Shown: piece after piece, positions 38,625 through 47,713 of the stretch | How positions within the stretch are numbered: the first letter of the stretch is position 1 | Layout: each line of letters starts with the position of its first letter | Source of the DNA: an uncultured Lachnospiraceae bacterium | GTDB lineage: Bacteria; Bacillota; Clostridia; Lachnospirales; Lachnospiraceae | Direction of reading: 5' to 3' | NCBI GenBank assembly: GCA_946620035.1 | Contig: CAMOMX010000001.1 | Coordinates: 1,934-65,933, forward strand | DNA: 64,000 bases | Notes under the pieces: model-generated | The model's input: only the letters and a program-made list of their open reading frames with translations | Databases searched by the model: none | Told to the model about the DNA's origin: nothing | Program-made: the position numbers and the translations under genes

Positions 38625-40076
38625 TCAGTTCCTCTTTCTGGAACCGAGAATCTGTGTCACCATCATGAGCACCAGGATCAGCAGCAGGATGAGGGACAGG
38701 GGATGTGTGAAGATATCTTTGAACATTCCGCCGACGCTTCCCGCCGAGATAATAGCTCTCCGAAGGTTAACTTCGATCGTAGGTCCGAGGATCAGTCCGA
38801 GGACCATAGGCGCCACCGGGACGCCGTAAAACTTCATAAAGTATCCGATCACGCCTGCAAGAAGCGTCCAGACGATATCCAGGGGCATGTTGTTGATCGA
38901 ATAGCTGCCGATCACCGAAATGACGATGATCAGAGGAAGCAGAATGTTTCTCGGGATCTCAACCAGCTTGGCAAAGATGCGGATTCCCATCATACCGAAG
39001 ATCAGAAGGAAAATATTTCCGATCACGGACAGCCACACCAGATTGGTGAACAGTTCAGGCTGTGCGGACATCAGCATGGAGCCGGCGCGGATTCCGTGGA
39101 TCGACAGCGCACCGATGAAAATAGCGGTTACAGAGTCGCCGGGAATACCGAGCGTCAGCATAGGGATCAGCGCTCCGCCGATTGCCGCGTTATTGGCCGA
39201 CTCGGGGGCCACGACACCTTCGAGTGCACCCTCTCCGAAAGGAACCTCGGGATTCTTGACAACCCTCTTCGTGGCATCATAGGCAAGCAGGGCCGCAATA
39301 TCGCCGCCTGCACCGGGCAGTGCTCCGACGATGGTTCCCAGAACACCGCTGAAAGCCGCGATAGGAAGCATCTTAGCCAGTCTGTCCATAGGCGGGCGGA
39401 TGGAGTTGACTTCCTGCTTGACGATCGGCATATTTCTGTGAATGATCTGGTGAAGAGATTCACCGACACCGAACAGACCGATCATGACAGGGATATAGCT
39501 GATTCCGGCGCGCATATCGACGCTTCCGAATGTAAATCTTCCCACACCGGTGATCGGGTCCATACCTACGACGCCGAGCATCAGGCCGGCTGTCGCCGCG
39601 AACAGGCCCTTGAGCATGCTCTTTCCGCTGATACTGCCGACGAGCATAAGTCCCATCAGGGTAAGAAGCATATAGTCGCGGGGGCCGAAGGACAGAGCGA
39701 TCTTAGCCACCTGAGGCGCTCCGAAGAACAGGAACGCGGAACCGATCAGGCCGCCGACAACGGATGTGATCGTACTGGTCGCGATTGCCTTTCCTGCCTC
39801 ACCTTTCTTGGCGAGCGGATAGCCGTCGAATGTCGTTGCTACCGCCGCGGGTGCTCCGGGAATATTGAGGAGGATCGCCGCACGGGATCCGCCGTAGACG
39901 CCGCCGATATAGACGCCCATCATGACTGCCAGCGCCGCCTCGGTGCTCCAAGAATAGGTCATGGCGATCAGAAGGGAGGTCGCCATCGTAACGCTGAGTC
40001 CGGGAATCGCGCCGACATAAATACCGACGAAGCATCCCAGCGCGCAGAATAAGATCTGAGTTACCATTGCTGACAT
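38625..40076 (-). CDS. tctA: Tripartite tricarboxylate transporter large permease
   Basis: GAIPGL, GGSRAAILLNIPGAPAAVATTFDGYPL, PESANNA, LTLGIPG. Confidence 0.92.
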   Translation of the reverse strand: MSAMVTQILFCALGCFVGIYVGAIPGLSVTMATSLLIAMTYSWSTEAALAVMMGVYIGGVYGGSRAAILLNIPGAPAAVATTFDGYPLAKKGEAGKAIATSTITSVVGGLIGSAFLFFGAPQVAKIALSFGPRDYMLLTLMGLMLVGSISGKSMLKGLFAATAGLMLGVVGMDPITGVGRFTFGSVDMRAGISYIPVMIGLFGVGESLHQIIHRNMPIVKQEVNSIRPPMDRLAKMLPIAAFSGVLGTIVGALPGAGGDIAALLAYDATKRVVKNPEVPFGEGALEGVVAPESANNAAIGGALIPMLTLGIPGDSVTAIFIGALSIHGIRAGSMLMSAQPELFTNLVWLSVIGNIFLLIFGMMGIRIFAKLVEIPRNILLPLIIVISVIGSYSINNMPLDIVWTLLAGVIGYFMKFYGVPVAPMVLGLILGPTIEVNLRRAIISAGSVGGMFKDIFTHPLSLILLLILVLMMVTQILGSRKRN

Positions 40077-40092
40077 AGCTTAACCTCCTTCC

Positions 40093-40536
40093 TTACGGCA
40101 AGATCACACTGAAGCCGTATTTGAACACCAATACGATCATCATTGTGGCGATAAATCCGACCAGCAGACTTGTCTTCCAGTCCCTGCCGCTCAGATATAA
40201 GATGGCGAGTGTCGTAAATACAAGTGTTGCAATAATATAGTGCACAAGGAAGATCAGCACGATATAGAGGACCAGAAGTCCGATCATGACGACTACGTCC
40301 TTATCGAATACAGAATCTCCTTCCTCTGCTTTCTGCCCGTTCTTTTTCCTTTCCGCGTTGGATTTAAGGAAATTCGCCGCCGCCAGGATCAGGCTGATGA
40401 TGGAAACGACGACCGGATAAAAGCCCTCCGAAGAGGCAGTCATCTGGCCAAAAGGTGTGATCTGGCAGGCCAGGATCACAAAGATGACAGCGAGAACGAC
40501 CAAAATGATATCAAATACTTTTGCGCCCTTTTTCAT
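40093..40536 (-). CDS. tctB: Tripartite tricarboxylate transporter small permease
   Basis: Four to five TM helices, GFYP, C-terminal FSVILP; lies between tctC and tctA. Confidence 0.85.
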   Translation of the reverse strand: MKKGAKVFDIILVVLAVIFVILACQITPFGQMTASSEGFYPVVVSIISLILAAANFLKSNAERKKNGQKAEEGDSVFDKDVVVMIGLLVLYIVLIFLVHYIIATLVFTTLAILYLSGRDWKTSLLVGFIATMMIVLVFKYGFSVILP

Positions 40537-40548
40537 CTGTCTGCCTCC

Positions 40549-41589
40549 TTATTCAAAGTCCTCAATCCTGGGAATGCCAAAGTTTTCAGGAGAGATGTTG
40601 GTTGCTCCGGAATCGTATAAGAGCCAGGTCGTAACGGACTGCCAGCGCTTGATAAACGTCTCCGCCTCTTCCCCGCTGATGCCCAGCGGAATGATATAGT
40701 TATCGGCAAGGTACTTTTGGAAATCTTCCGTGTTATAGCCGTCCAGGAATGCCTTGGTCAGAATTGCCTTCCTCTCATCGTCTACATCTTTTCTGCAGTA
40801 AACGCCGGTAAATGCGCCCCAGGGGAAGTACTTTTCATACTCCGGATACACCTCGGAGATCGTCTCCACTTCCGGGATTGCTTCCATTCTCTCATTGTTG
40901 AGGACCGTAAGGATACGAAGATCACCGGTCTTGTACAGATCCGCAGCTGTCGAAAAGTTGACGATCGACAGGTCTACGTGGCCGCCCAGAAGCGCGCTGA
41001 TGATCGAGGAGTCGCCATCGAAAGGCACCTGGTTAAACTCCACCTCACTGGTGCTCTGAAGCATGCAGGAGACGTTGTACGGAAGTCCGCCGACGCCCGA
41101 AATGCCAAGGCTGATCTTGCCGGGGTTTGCTTTCGCGTCTTCAATGACATCTTTGATAGACTGATATTTGGATCCCGGAGGCACGATCACGACCGGAACC
41201 TGGCTTCCGAAAAGAAGCACCGGATAAAACTCCTCATAATCTACATTGGAGATATCCATGACGTGATAAAGCGTCGGGTTCTCTGCGTTAAACAGAAGGG
41301 AATAACCGTCTGCAGGGAGCCTGGATACAAACTCCGTTGCGATCGCACCGGTCGCACCGGTCTTGTTCTGCATTACGATGTTGGTCCCGAGAAACTTCTG
41401 AGCCTGAACAGAGATACCTCTGGAGGTAGTGTCCGTCGCTCCGCCGGCCGCCCACGCAATGTATCCGTTGATATCGTTGTCCGGATAATCCGCAGTCAGG
41501 CCGCGCACATATTGATAGATCTCATTGCCGGCCACAAGTATACTCACAGCCAGCAATATGCCGACTATGATCTTATTACGTTTACTCAT
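40549..41589 (-). CDS. tctC: Tripartite tricarboxylate transporter substrate-binding protein
   Basis: YP..I..AGGATD, NKTGATG, ADGYSLL, VPFDG..ALLGGHVD. Confidence 0.9.
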   Translation of the reverse strand: MSKRNKIIVGILLAVSILVAGNEIYQYVRGLTADYPDNDINGYIAWAAGGATDTTSRGISVQAQKFLGTNIVMQNKTGATGAIATEFVSRLPADGYSLLFNAENPTLYHVMDISNVDYEEFYPVLLFGSQVPVVIVPPGSKYQSIKDVIEDAKANPGKISLGISGVGGLPYNVSCMLQSTSEVEFNQVPFDGDSSIISALLGGHVDLSIVNFSTAADLYKTGDLRILTVLNNERMEAIPEVETISEVYPEYEKYFPWGAFTGVYCRKDVDDERKAILTKAFLDGYNTEDFQKYLADNYIIPLGISGEEAETFIKRWQSVTTWLLYDSGATNISPENFGIPRIEDFE

Positions 41590-41732
41590 GTCTTTTCCCC
41601 CTTTATAACTTACATCATGTAATATCATTTGATGCTATTAATAACAATATATCACAAATTACATATTATGTATAGAAAGTATAGGGCTATTTTTGTATAT
41701 TTCCCACAATTTATTGGAATCATCTATGTTTT

Positions 41733-41780
41733 AAAACAAAAAAACATCCGAAGCCAGCTCTGAACGAGTGGCTCCGGATA
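41733..41780 (-). terminator. Terminator after the MFS gene
   Basis: atccg..agcca..tggct..cggat stem with a minus-strand U-rich tail. Confidence 0.6.
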
Positions 41781-41813
41781 TAATTGTGGCTCATTAAAAG
41801 ATTGACTTAGCAA

Positions 41814-43094
41814 TTACTCGTCTGCGCCCTTCTTGGACCATACGCTTACGCCGAACCACTTCTGATAGTTCATTGCAAGGAAGATCATGAACAGGAGACC
41901 GATCACTGCAAGTACAAGGTTGACTGTCATCTCATTGATGACCGCCTGTGCCTCGTTGCCGCCTGCCATGTTGTAGAAGATCTTAGCAAGCTGAGGCATG
42001 ATGTAGGAAGCAGCACCCATGAAGGTATAGTAAATACCAAGGTTTCTGCCCTTTGCACCGGGATGGAATTCCTGCATCAGAGCAACACCGCACTGAAGAG
42101 CGCCGCCTGCTGCGAAGAAACCGATCGCGAATGCACCGATCTGAACCATAACGGGAGAACGAAGCAGAACGACCAGAGCGTAAGCTACAACAGATCCTGC
42201 AAGGTCGATCAGGAGGATCTTCAGGGTTCTCCAACGGAGAGCTGCCATGAATACGCCCCAGATAATGACCGCTGCGAAGGAACCGATGGTGTAGATGGAG
42301 TTCAGACTTGCCGCCCACATCTCATCCTGTCCCAGAACAGCCATACCGAAGGATTTCAGGTACTGCTGTGCGGAATACATTGTAGCCATTGCGATGAAGC
42401 CGTAAATAGCGCAGCCTGCGATAACAAAGCCGGGAATAGGGCTCTTAATGCGGGCTTTACCCTTTTCAGCATCTTCGTCAACGAGCTTGGCATTGGGATC
42501 TGCCTGCTTGTTGTCCTTGAGTTCCTTGAGCTCTTCGTCATAGGAATAAGGAGCGATCAGAGCAACAACGAGAACTACGACAGACATGATGATCGGAAGG
42601 ATGATAAGAGCTTTCCAGTTGCCGCTCTGGGACATGGATGCCACGAGAAGCGGATAGATCGTACCGGAAATGGAGATAACACCCTTGATCAGGATAACAG
42701 CAGTACCGGGAGCCTTTGTCCAGGACTCCTGCGCTACAGCGTAGCAAGCGCCGTCGAAGAATGACGTAGCAACACCGGCCATGAAAGCTGCAACGGATGC
42801 AACTGCAGGGCTGTGGGTTGTAAGAAGAAGGCCGAAGAAAGCGACATACATGATCGCGCCGATGACGATCATGATCTTACGGCCGATCTTATCGGAAATC
42901 TCACCGCAGATCCATACGGATACGAATTTACCAAGACCTGTCCAAGCGATAACACCAGAGATACCGCCGGCATCAACGCCCCACTGCTGCTGGAAATTAG
43001 CAGAGTTCTGAGAAATAACGATAGCCTGAATTCCGTGTGTGAGGTATGCCAGATACACGGAAACCAGAGCCCAAATATACTTTTTGTCTCTCAT
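41814..43094 (-). CDS. MFS transporter, YdiM/YdiN-like
   Basis: About 12 TM; motif A GEISDKIGRK; N-terminus YLAYLTHG..WGVDAGGISGVI and FFAAGGALQCG resemble E. coli YdiM (recalled). Confidence 0.8.
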   Translation of the reverse strand: MRDKKYIWALVSVYLAYLTHGIQAIVISQNSANFQQQWGVDAGGISGVIAWTGLGKFVSVWICGEISDKIGRKIMIVIGAIMYVAFFGLLLTTHSPAVASVAAFMAGVATSFFDGACYAVAQESWTKAPGTAVILIKGVISISGTIYPLLVASMSQSGNWKALIILPIIMSVVVLVVALIAPYSYDEELKELKDNKQADPNAKLVDEDAEKGKARIKSPIPGFVIAGCAIYGFIAMATMYSAQQYLKSFGMAVLGQDEMWAASLNSIYTIGSFAAVIIWGVFMAALRWRTLKILLIDLAGSVVAYALVVLLRSPVMVQIGAFAIGFFAAGGALQCGVALMQEFHPGAKGRNLGIYYTFMGAASYIMPQLAKIFYNMAGGNEAQAVINEMTVNLVLAVIGLLFMIFLAMNYQKWFGVSVWSKKGADE

Positions 43095-43245
43095 GTTTTT
43101 CCCCTTTTCAAATTACATTTTTTATCGTAGGCGGATATGCGCAAGCCACATACACAGATCCGCCACAGTTCAAACTGCCTGTTCGGCAGCTGAGCTCAAA
43201 CATTCAAGGCCCGCAGTGCGGGCCGCTGCACCAGGGTACAGTCCA

Positions 43246-44469
43246 TTATTTGCGAAGAGCAGTCTTTCCGACTACTGCTCCTTCCGCCAGATACTCTTCT
43301 ACCTGAGCATCTGTGTAGCCGAGTTCCTTCATGACTTCGATCGTGTCGGAGCCCTGCGCGCGCGTGACAACATAGCTGGGATCCGCATTGGATGCGAACT
43401 TAACAGGTGCTGTCGCAATGTTGCGCTTTCCGGAGGGGCAGTCGAGCTTGGTCATGATCTGGTTTGCCCAGACCTGCTCGTCTTCGTACATGTCAACAGG
43501 CTCGTAGCAGCCCTCGCAAGGGATATCGTTGCTCTTAAATATATCAAGAATTTCTTTTCTTGTAAACTTCCTGATCGCTGCATCGAGGATGTCAACCACT
43601 TCGCTGTTTTTGTGTGTCTCATTGAGGCGGTCGCAGTTGTTGTATCTCTCATCGCCAACAAGGTCCTCGCGGCCGACAAGGCGCATGATCTTATCATAAG
43701 TCCTGTCGTACTCAGGAGCGCATACTGCGATCAGCTTGTCATCTGCCGTTCTGAAAACATTGTTGGTAGGGCAGATTACTTCGCGGCGGTCCTTCGGATA
43801 GGAATTTCCGTACTGAGCGGAAACAACGCCTGTGCTCAGCATGAAGATCGCTGCATGATGCAGGGAAACAGTAACCTTGTCGCCCATGCCTGTGCGGTTC
43901 CTGTTGAACAGAGCAGCACAGATTCCGGAAGCGAGGCACATAGAAGCCTGGAAATCGCCGAAACCATTAGTAGGGATCATAGGGTCGCTTCCCTTGTTAA
44001 CTGTTGTTCCGAACACGCCGCCCCTTGCCATATAGCAGGTTACGTCGAAACCGGCTGTATCCTTTTCCGGACCGTTCTCGCCGTATCCGAGGATCTGAGC
44101 AAAGATGAGCTTAGGATATTTTGCCTTCAGAGTGTCATAATCATAGCCAAGCTTGACCAGCGCTTTGGTTCTTGTATTTGTAACAAAAACGTCAGCCTCA
44201 GCGAGGAGCTTATCCATGACTTCCTTGCCCTTTTCGCTCTTAAGGTTGATCGTTGTAAATCTCTTATTCATGTTGGACATATCGAATCCGAGATTCTCAT
44301 CGTCCTCATATTTCATGCCGAAAACCGCGCCCTGCGTGCGTCCGGGATCGCCCTTGGGTGCTTCCACCTTGATGACATCCGCGCCCCATTCACCCAGCAC
44401 TCTGCAGGTTGTGGGAGCTGCAAGGAATGTTGTGAGGTCCACGACTTTAACGCCTTCTAATGGTCTCAT
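43246..44469 (-). CDS. Family III (CaiB/BaiF) CoA-transferase, FldA/HadA-like
   Basis: PLEGVKVVDL, GADVIKVE, NKR, catalytic-Asp region GFGDFQA; segments NLKSEKGK, RTKALVK, GDKVTVSL, GREDLVGDERYN recalled from FldA. Confidence 0.9.
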   Translation of the reverse strand: MRPLEGVKVVDLTTFLAAPTTCRVLGEWGADVIKVEAPKGDPGRTQGAVFGMKYEDDENLGFDMSNMNKRFTTINLKSEKGKEVMDKLLAEADVFVTNTRTKALVKLGYDYDTLKAKYPKLIFAQILGYGENGPEKDTAGFDVTCYMARGGVFGTTVNKGSDPMIPTNGFGDFQASMCLASGICAALFNRNRTGMGDKVTVSLHHAAIFMLSTGVVSAQYGNSYPKDRREVICPTNNVFRTADDKLIAVCAPEYDRTYDKIMRLVGREDLVGDERYNNCDRLNETHKNSEVVDILDAAIRKFTRKEILDIFKSNDIPCEGCYEPVDMYEDEQVWANQIMTKLDCPSGKRNIATAPVKFASNADPSYVVTRAQGSDTIEVMKELGYTDAQVEEYLAEGAVVGKTALRK

Positions 44470-44562
44470 TCTTTTCTCCTCAAAAAAATCGGATAAAGCC
44501 ATAGGTCTTTCGACCTATGGCCAGTCCGAATATTCAAATACGTGTTGTCTTATTAAATAGAA

Positions 44563-45771
44563 TTAGTCAAGATAGGAAATTCTTCCGCCGCACTTGTCAA
44601 GACCACGGAATGCTGTAAGTCTCTGAACAGTACGAGGGCCTTCCTCAAGCCACATTGCGCGGCAGTCACGATACAGTCTCTCAACCGGGCCGTAATCCGA
44701 ACCGTCAGGTCTGCGAACGCCGTTGTTGTCCTCGAAGTAGCCGATGCCGCCGAAGATCTCGAGCATAGCGTCGGAAACTTCACGAACTGTGTCGATGGAG
44801 AACAGTTTGCACATAGCAGCCTTCATGTCGATGTTGACGCCTGCATCATAATCCTTAGCGAAATCCCAGATCATCAGACGAAGAGCGTTGATCTTTGTGC
44901 CCATGTCTGCGATATCCTGCTGGATCTTCTGTCTCTTGCAAAGAGGCTTGCCGAATGTCACACGGTCGTGAGCTCTTCTGATGGTCATCTCGAGCATTCT
45001 CTGCGCCATACCAAGGTTGGAAACAGCGATGTGTGCACGGGAGACTGCCAGAGAGTGCATAGCAACCTCAAGACCCTGGCCTTCCTTACCAAGCATGTAT
45101 TTCTTGTGGACTCTCATGTTTGTGAACTTCAGATCTGCGTGGCCTGCGCCGCGGCAGCCCATCATGTGGGACATAGGGATGATCTCGAATCCGGGAGTCT
45201 TAACGTCTACGAAGAAAGCAGACAGGGACTCATCCTTATCGGATGTGGGATCAGTCTTCACGATGAGGTATGTGAAATCGGAGCAGTCAGTGTGGGAGAT
45301 GAGGGTCTTCTCACCATTGATGATGTAGTAATCGGGATCCTCGGGATCCTTGATCGCCAGAGTGTGAAGGTCAGCGCCTGTGCCGCCGGTTCTCTCTGTC
45401 AGAGCGAAGTTAACATAGATGGTCTTGTCCTGGAACTTGTCCATGTACTGAGCCTTGAGCTCTTCGCTTCCGAAGTCGTCCAGAATTCTCCAGTCAAGGT
45501 CTGCTGCATGATGAAGGTGCATACGCATTCCGCCCGGTCCACGGGAGAACTCTTCCTGAACCATCAGGATCTGCTTCTCGGAGAGGCCGAATCCGCCGTA
45601 CTTCTCGGGAAGAGCGAAACGATACAGATCGTTCTTGATTGCAGTCTCATAGAACTCCGGAGGGAATGTGTTGGTAACTTCGATTTCCTTCTGCATCTCG
45701 TCGAACGTGCCTTCTGCAAGTTCACGAATCTGAAGCAGATAATCCTTGAACTGCTGTTCAGTCAATTTCAT
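44563..45771 (-). CDS. Acyl-CoA dehydrogenase/reductase (divergent subfamily)
   Basis: PEKYGG, FALTE, INGEKTLIS, R.TFGKPL, FGGIGY, ERLYRD, WLEEGP. Confidence 0.9.
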   Translation of the reverse strand: MKLTEQQFKDYLLQIRELAEGTFDEMQKEIEVTNTFPPEFYETAIKNDLYRFALPEKYGGFGLSEKQILMVQEEFSRGPGGMRMHLHHAADLDWRILDDFGSEELKAQYMDKFQDKTIYVNFALTERTGGTGADLHTLAIKDPEDPDYYIINGEKTLISHTDCSDFTYLIVKTDPTSDKDESLSAFFVDVKTPGFEIIPMSHMMGCRGAGHADLKFTNMRVHKKYMLGKEGQGLEVAMHSLAVSRAHIAVSNLGMAQRMLEMTIRRAHDRVTFGKPLCKRQKIQQDIADMGTKINALRLMIWDFAKDYDAGVNIDMKAAMCKLFSIDTVREVSDAMLEIFGGIGYFEDNNGVRRPDGSDYGPVERLYRDCRAMWLEEGPRTVQRLTAFRGLDKCGGRISYLD

Positions 45772-45851
45772 AATAGTGTCCTCCTTTTATGGGTTAGGTT
45801 AGATGTATTAAAACACAAGCTCGACAAGGGTTAACCCCTTCGTCTGTTAAT

Positions 45852-45927
45852 ATTTTATTGAATTTAAGCATTTGCGTCCAATCGTAAGTTTAATCAAATA
45901 TATGCTGAAACAATAGGTAATAGCTAT
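45852..45927 (-). promoter_or_regulatory. LysR-type activated promoter 1
   Basis: ATAG-N7-CTAT at 45913-45927; -35 TTGGAC 45881-45876; 18 nt; -10 TAAAAT 45857-45852. Confidence 0.7.
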
Positions 45928-46161
45928 AATTAGACAATTAATTGCTGATCCTGCCGATTGTTTTGTTCATTATTTACAACAAAAAGAAGGCCTGTTTCAA
46001 AAACGGCAGTTATTCGCAGAAATAATTAACAATTTCGTCGGTTTTTTCAGGCTTGCGGAATACATCGGCGTTTTCAAATAAATCTGCGTTTGACTTATAG
46101 GAACGGACGATGTATTCTTTTAAGTAAAGTATTCAAATTTACACAGCGGATGGTACAGAAC

Positions 46162-47049
46162 ATGAATCTTTCTCAGCTTTATTATTTCAAAAGACTCGCC
46201 GAACTGCAGCATTATACACAGGCAGCGCTGGAACTGAACATCACACAGCCCAGCCTGAGCGGCGCGATCCATTCTCTCGAAGAAGAGCTGGGCGTGGACC
46301 TGTTTAAGAAAAAAGGGCGGAACATCATCCTCACCGATAACGGCAAAGAGTTTTATATTTATGTCTCCAACGCCCTTCGTGAACTTGACAAGGGTAAGGA
46401 TATCATGCAGGAGCGGGCCAACAAGCTCATGGGAAAGATCGAACTTGGATCGATCAACGCGCTCTTGAGTGAATTTCTTCCCAATGCCATGAAAAAGTTC
46501 CGGAACCAGGCGGGAGAAAAAGTCACGGTTGTGGAACACAACAGACAGACACACGAGATTTTGGAAAGTATTCAGAGCGGAAAATGGGAAATCGGCTTTT
46601 GCAGCTACGACGAGGGATTTCCGGACCTCAAATTTGTTCCGGTCCTGAAGCAGTATTTCTGCATCGCCTGCACCCGGGACCATCCTCTTAGCAGCAGAAA
46701 AAAGGTATCCATCCGGGAACTGGAAGAATATGACATATTCAGCTACCGCCTGGATATGCCGGTCGGCAGAGAGGTCAGGAACCTGTTAAAGGACAGAGAT
46801 ATCACCATAGATTATAATTACAGTTCCGAGGAAGCCCTGGTCGGCGTCTTGAAATCTACCGGCCGCCCGGCCCTGTTGCTGAATGCACCGTTTGTGACCA
46901 ACGACTCCCATGTGCATTTGATCGAATTGGAAGATATTCCCAACAATTATCATCTCGTCTACATGGTATACAACAAAAAAATACAGAGAGCACATGTGGT
47001 GGACAGTTTTATCAAATTCATAGAATCCGAATATAAACCGGACATTTAA
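46162..47049 (+). CDS. LysR family transcriptional regulator
   Basis: MNLSQLYYF..HYTQAALELNITQPSLSGAIHSLEEELGVDLF..LT. Confidence 0.95.
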   Translation: MNLSQLYYFKRLAELQHYTQAALELNITQPSLSGAIHSLEEELGVDLFKKKGRNIILTDNGKEFYIYVSNALRELDKGKDIMQERANKLMGKIELGSINALLSEFLPNAMKKFRNQAGEKVTVVEHNRQTHEILESIQSGKWEIGFCSYDEGFPDLKFVPVLKQYFCIACTRDHPLSSRKKVSIRELEEYDIFSYRLDMPVGREVRNLLKDRDITIDYNYSSEEALVGVLKSTGRPALLLNAPFVTNDSHVHLIELEDIPNNYHLVYMVYNKKIQRAHVVDSFIKFIESEYKPDI

Positions 47050-47055
47050 ACGGTC

Positions 47056-47123
47056 AGCGCCGGCTCCGCAGAAACTTTTCGGTAAACAGTTTTACCCCAA
47101 AGTCCTGCGGAGCCGGCGCTTTT
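47056..47123. terminator. Long hairpin terminator between convergent lysR and the Cys-rich ORF
   Basis: agcgccggctccgcag..ctgcggagccggcgct followed by ttt. Confidence 0.75.
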
Positions 47124-47143
47124 CATCCGGATATCCTTTACCT

Positions 47144-47650
47144 TTATCCTTTATCAGTTGAGATCCTGTCCACTTCCTGTTTGACGATCCCTATGCCGGG
47201 AAGCTCCGCATAGATTGCGAATCCTCTCTTGCATCGGAAAGAACACTCCGCGCAGGGTTCCTTGTCGCAGTATGCATAAGCATCGGAGCCCGCCAGCGCG
47301 AACACTTCTTTAAAAGAATTCTCGACATAGAAAAACTGGGATCCTCTGAAAGACTCCAGAAGAAGCCATTTGGGCTTGATCCTCCCCCATGTGACAACAA
47401 TACAGTTATTGTTGAGGCTTCCCCTGATCTTGTAATCAATCCGGTTTTTCTCATCAAGCGACTCATTGAGAACCGGCTCCACGCGTTCCATCTCTTTGCC
47501 GCAGCAGAAAGGAGCCGAAGACGGCTCGATCCAGCCGGTGAGATATCCGCCGCACTCACTGCAGTGGCAGATGTCGATATCTTTCCTTGTTCTTCTCGGT
47601 TTTCCCCTTCCGATGTAACGGGTCGGGCTCACTGTCTGCTGTATACTCAT
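47144..47650 (-). CDS. Cys-rich desulforedoxin/desulfoferrodoxin-like protein
   Basis: CSEC..CCGKEM desulforedoxin motif; second cluster CDKEPCAECSFRC. Confidence 0.7.
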   Translation of the reverse strand: MSIQQTVSPTRYIGRGKPRRTRKDIDICHCSECGGYLTGWIEPSSAPFCCGKEMERVEPVLNESLDEKNRIDYKIRGSLNNNCIVVTWGRIKPKWLLLESFRGSQFFYVENSFKEVFALAGSDAYAYCDKEPCAECSFRCKRGFAIYAELPGIGIVKQEVDRISTDKG

Positions 47651-47713
47651 ACTCTCTCCCGCTTTTATTTGTCACTTTGAAAAGCCCTCCGGGCTCTTTC
47701 GCCGGACTTTTCC

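Noticed and set aside
43246-44469. Bile-acid (bai), carnitine (cai) or complete fld/had operon
   Set aside because: No bai dehydratase or oxidoreductases, no CaiT/CaiD, and no FldBC/HadBC, activator or 2-hydroxyacid dehydrogenase nearby
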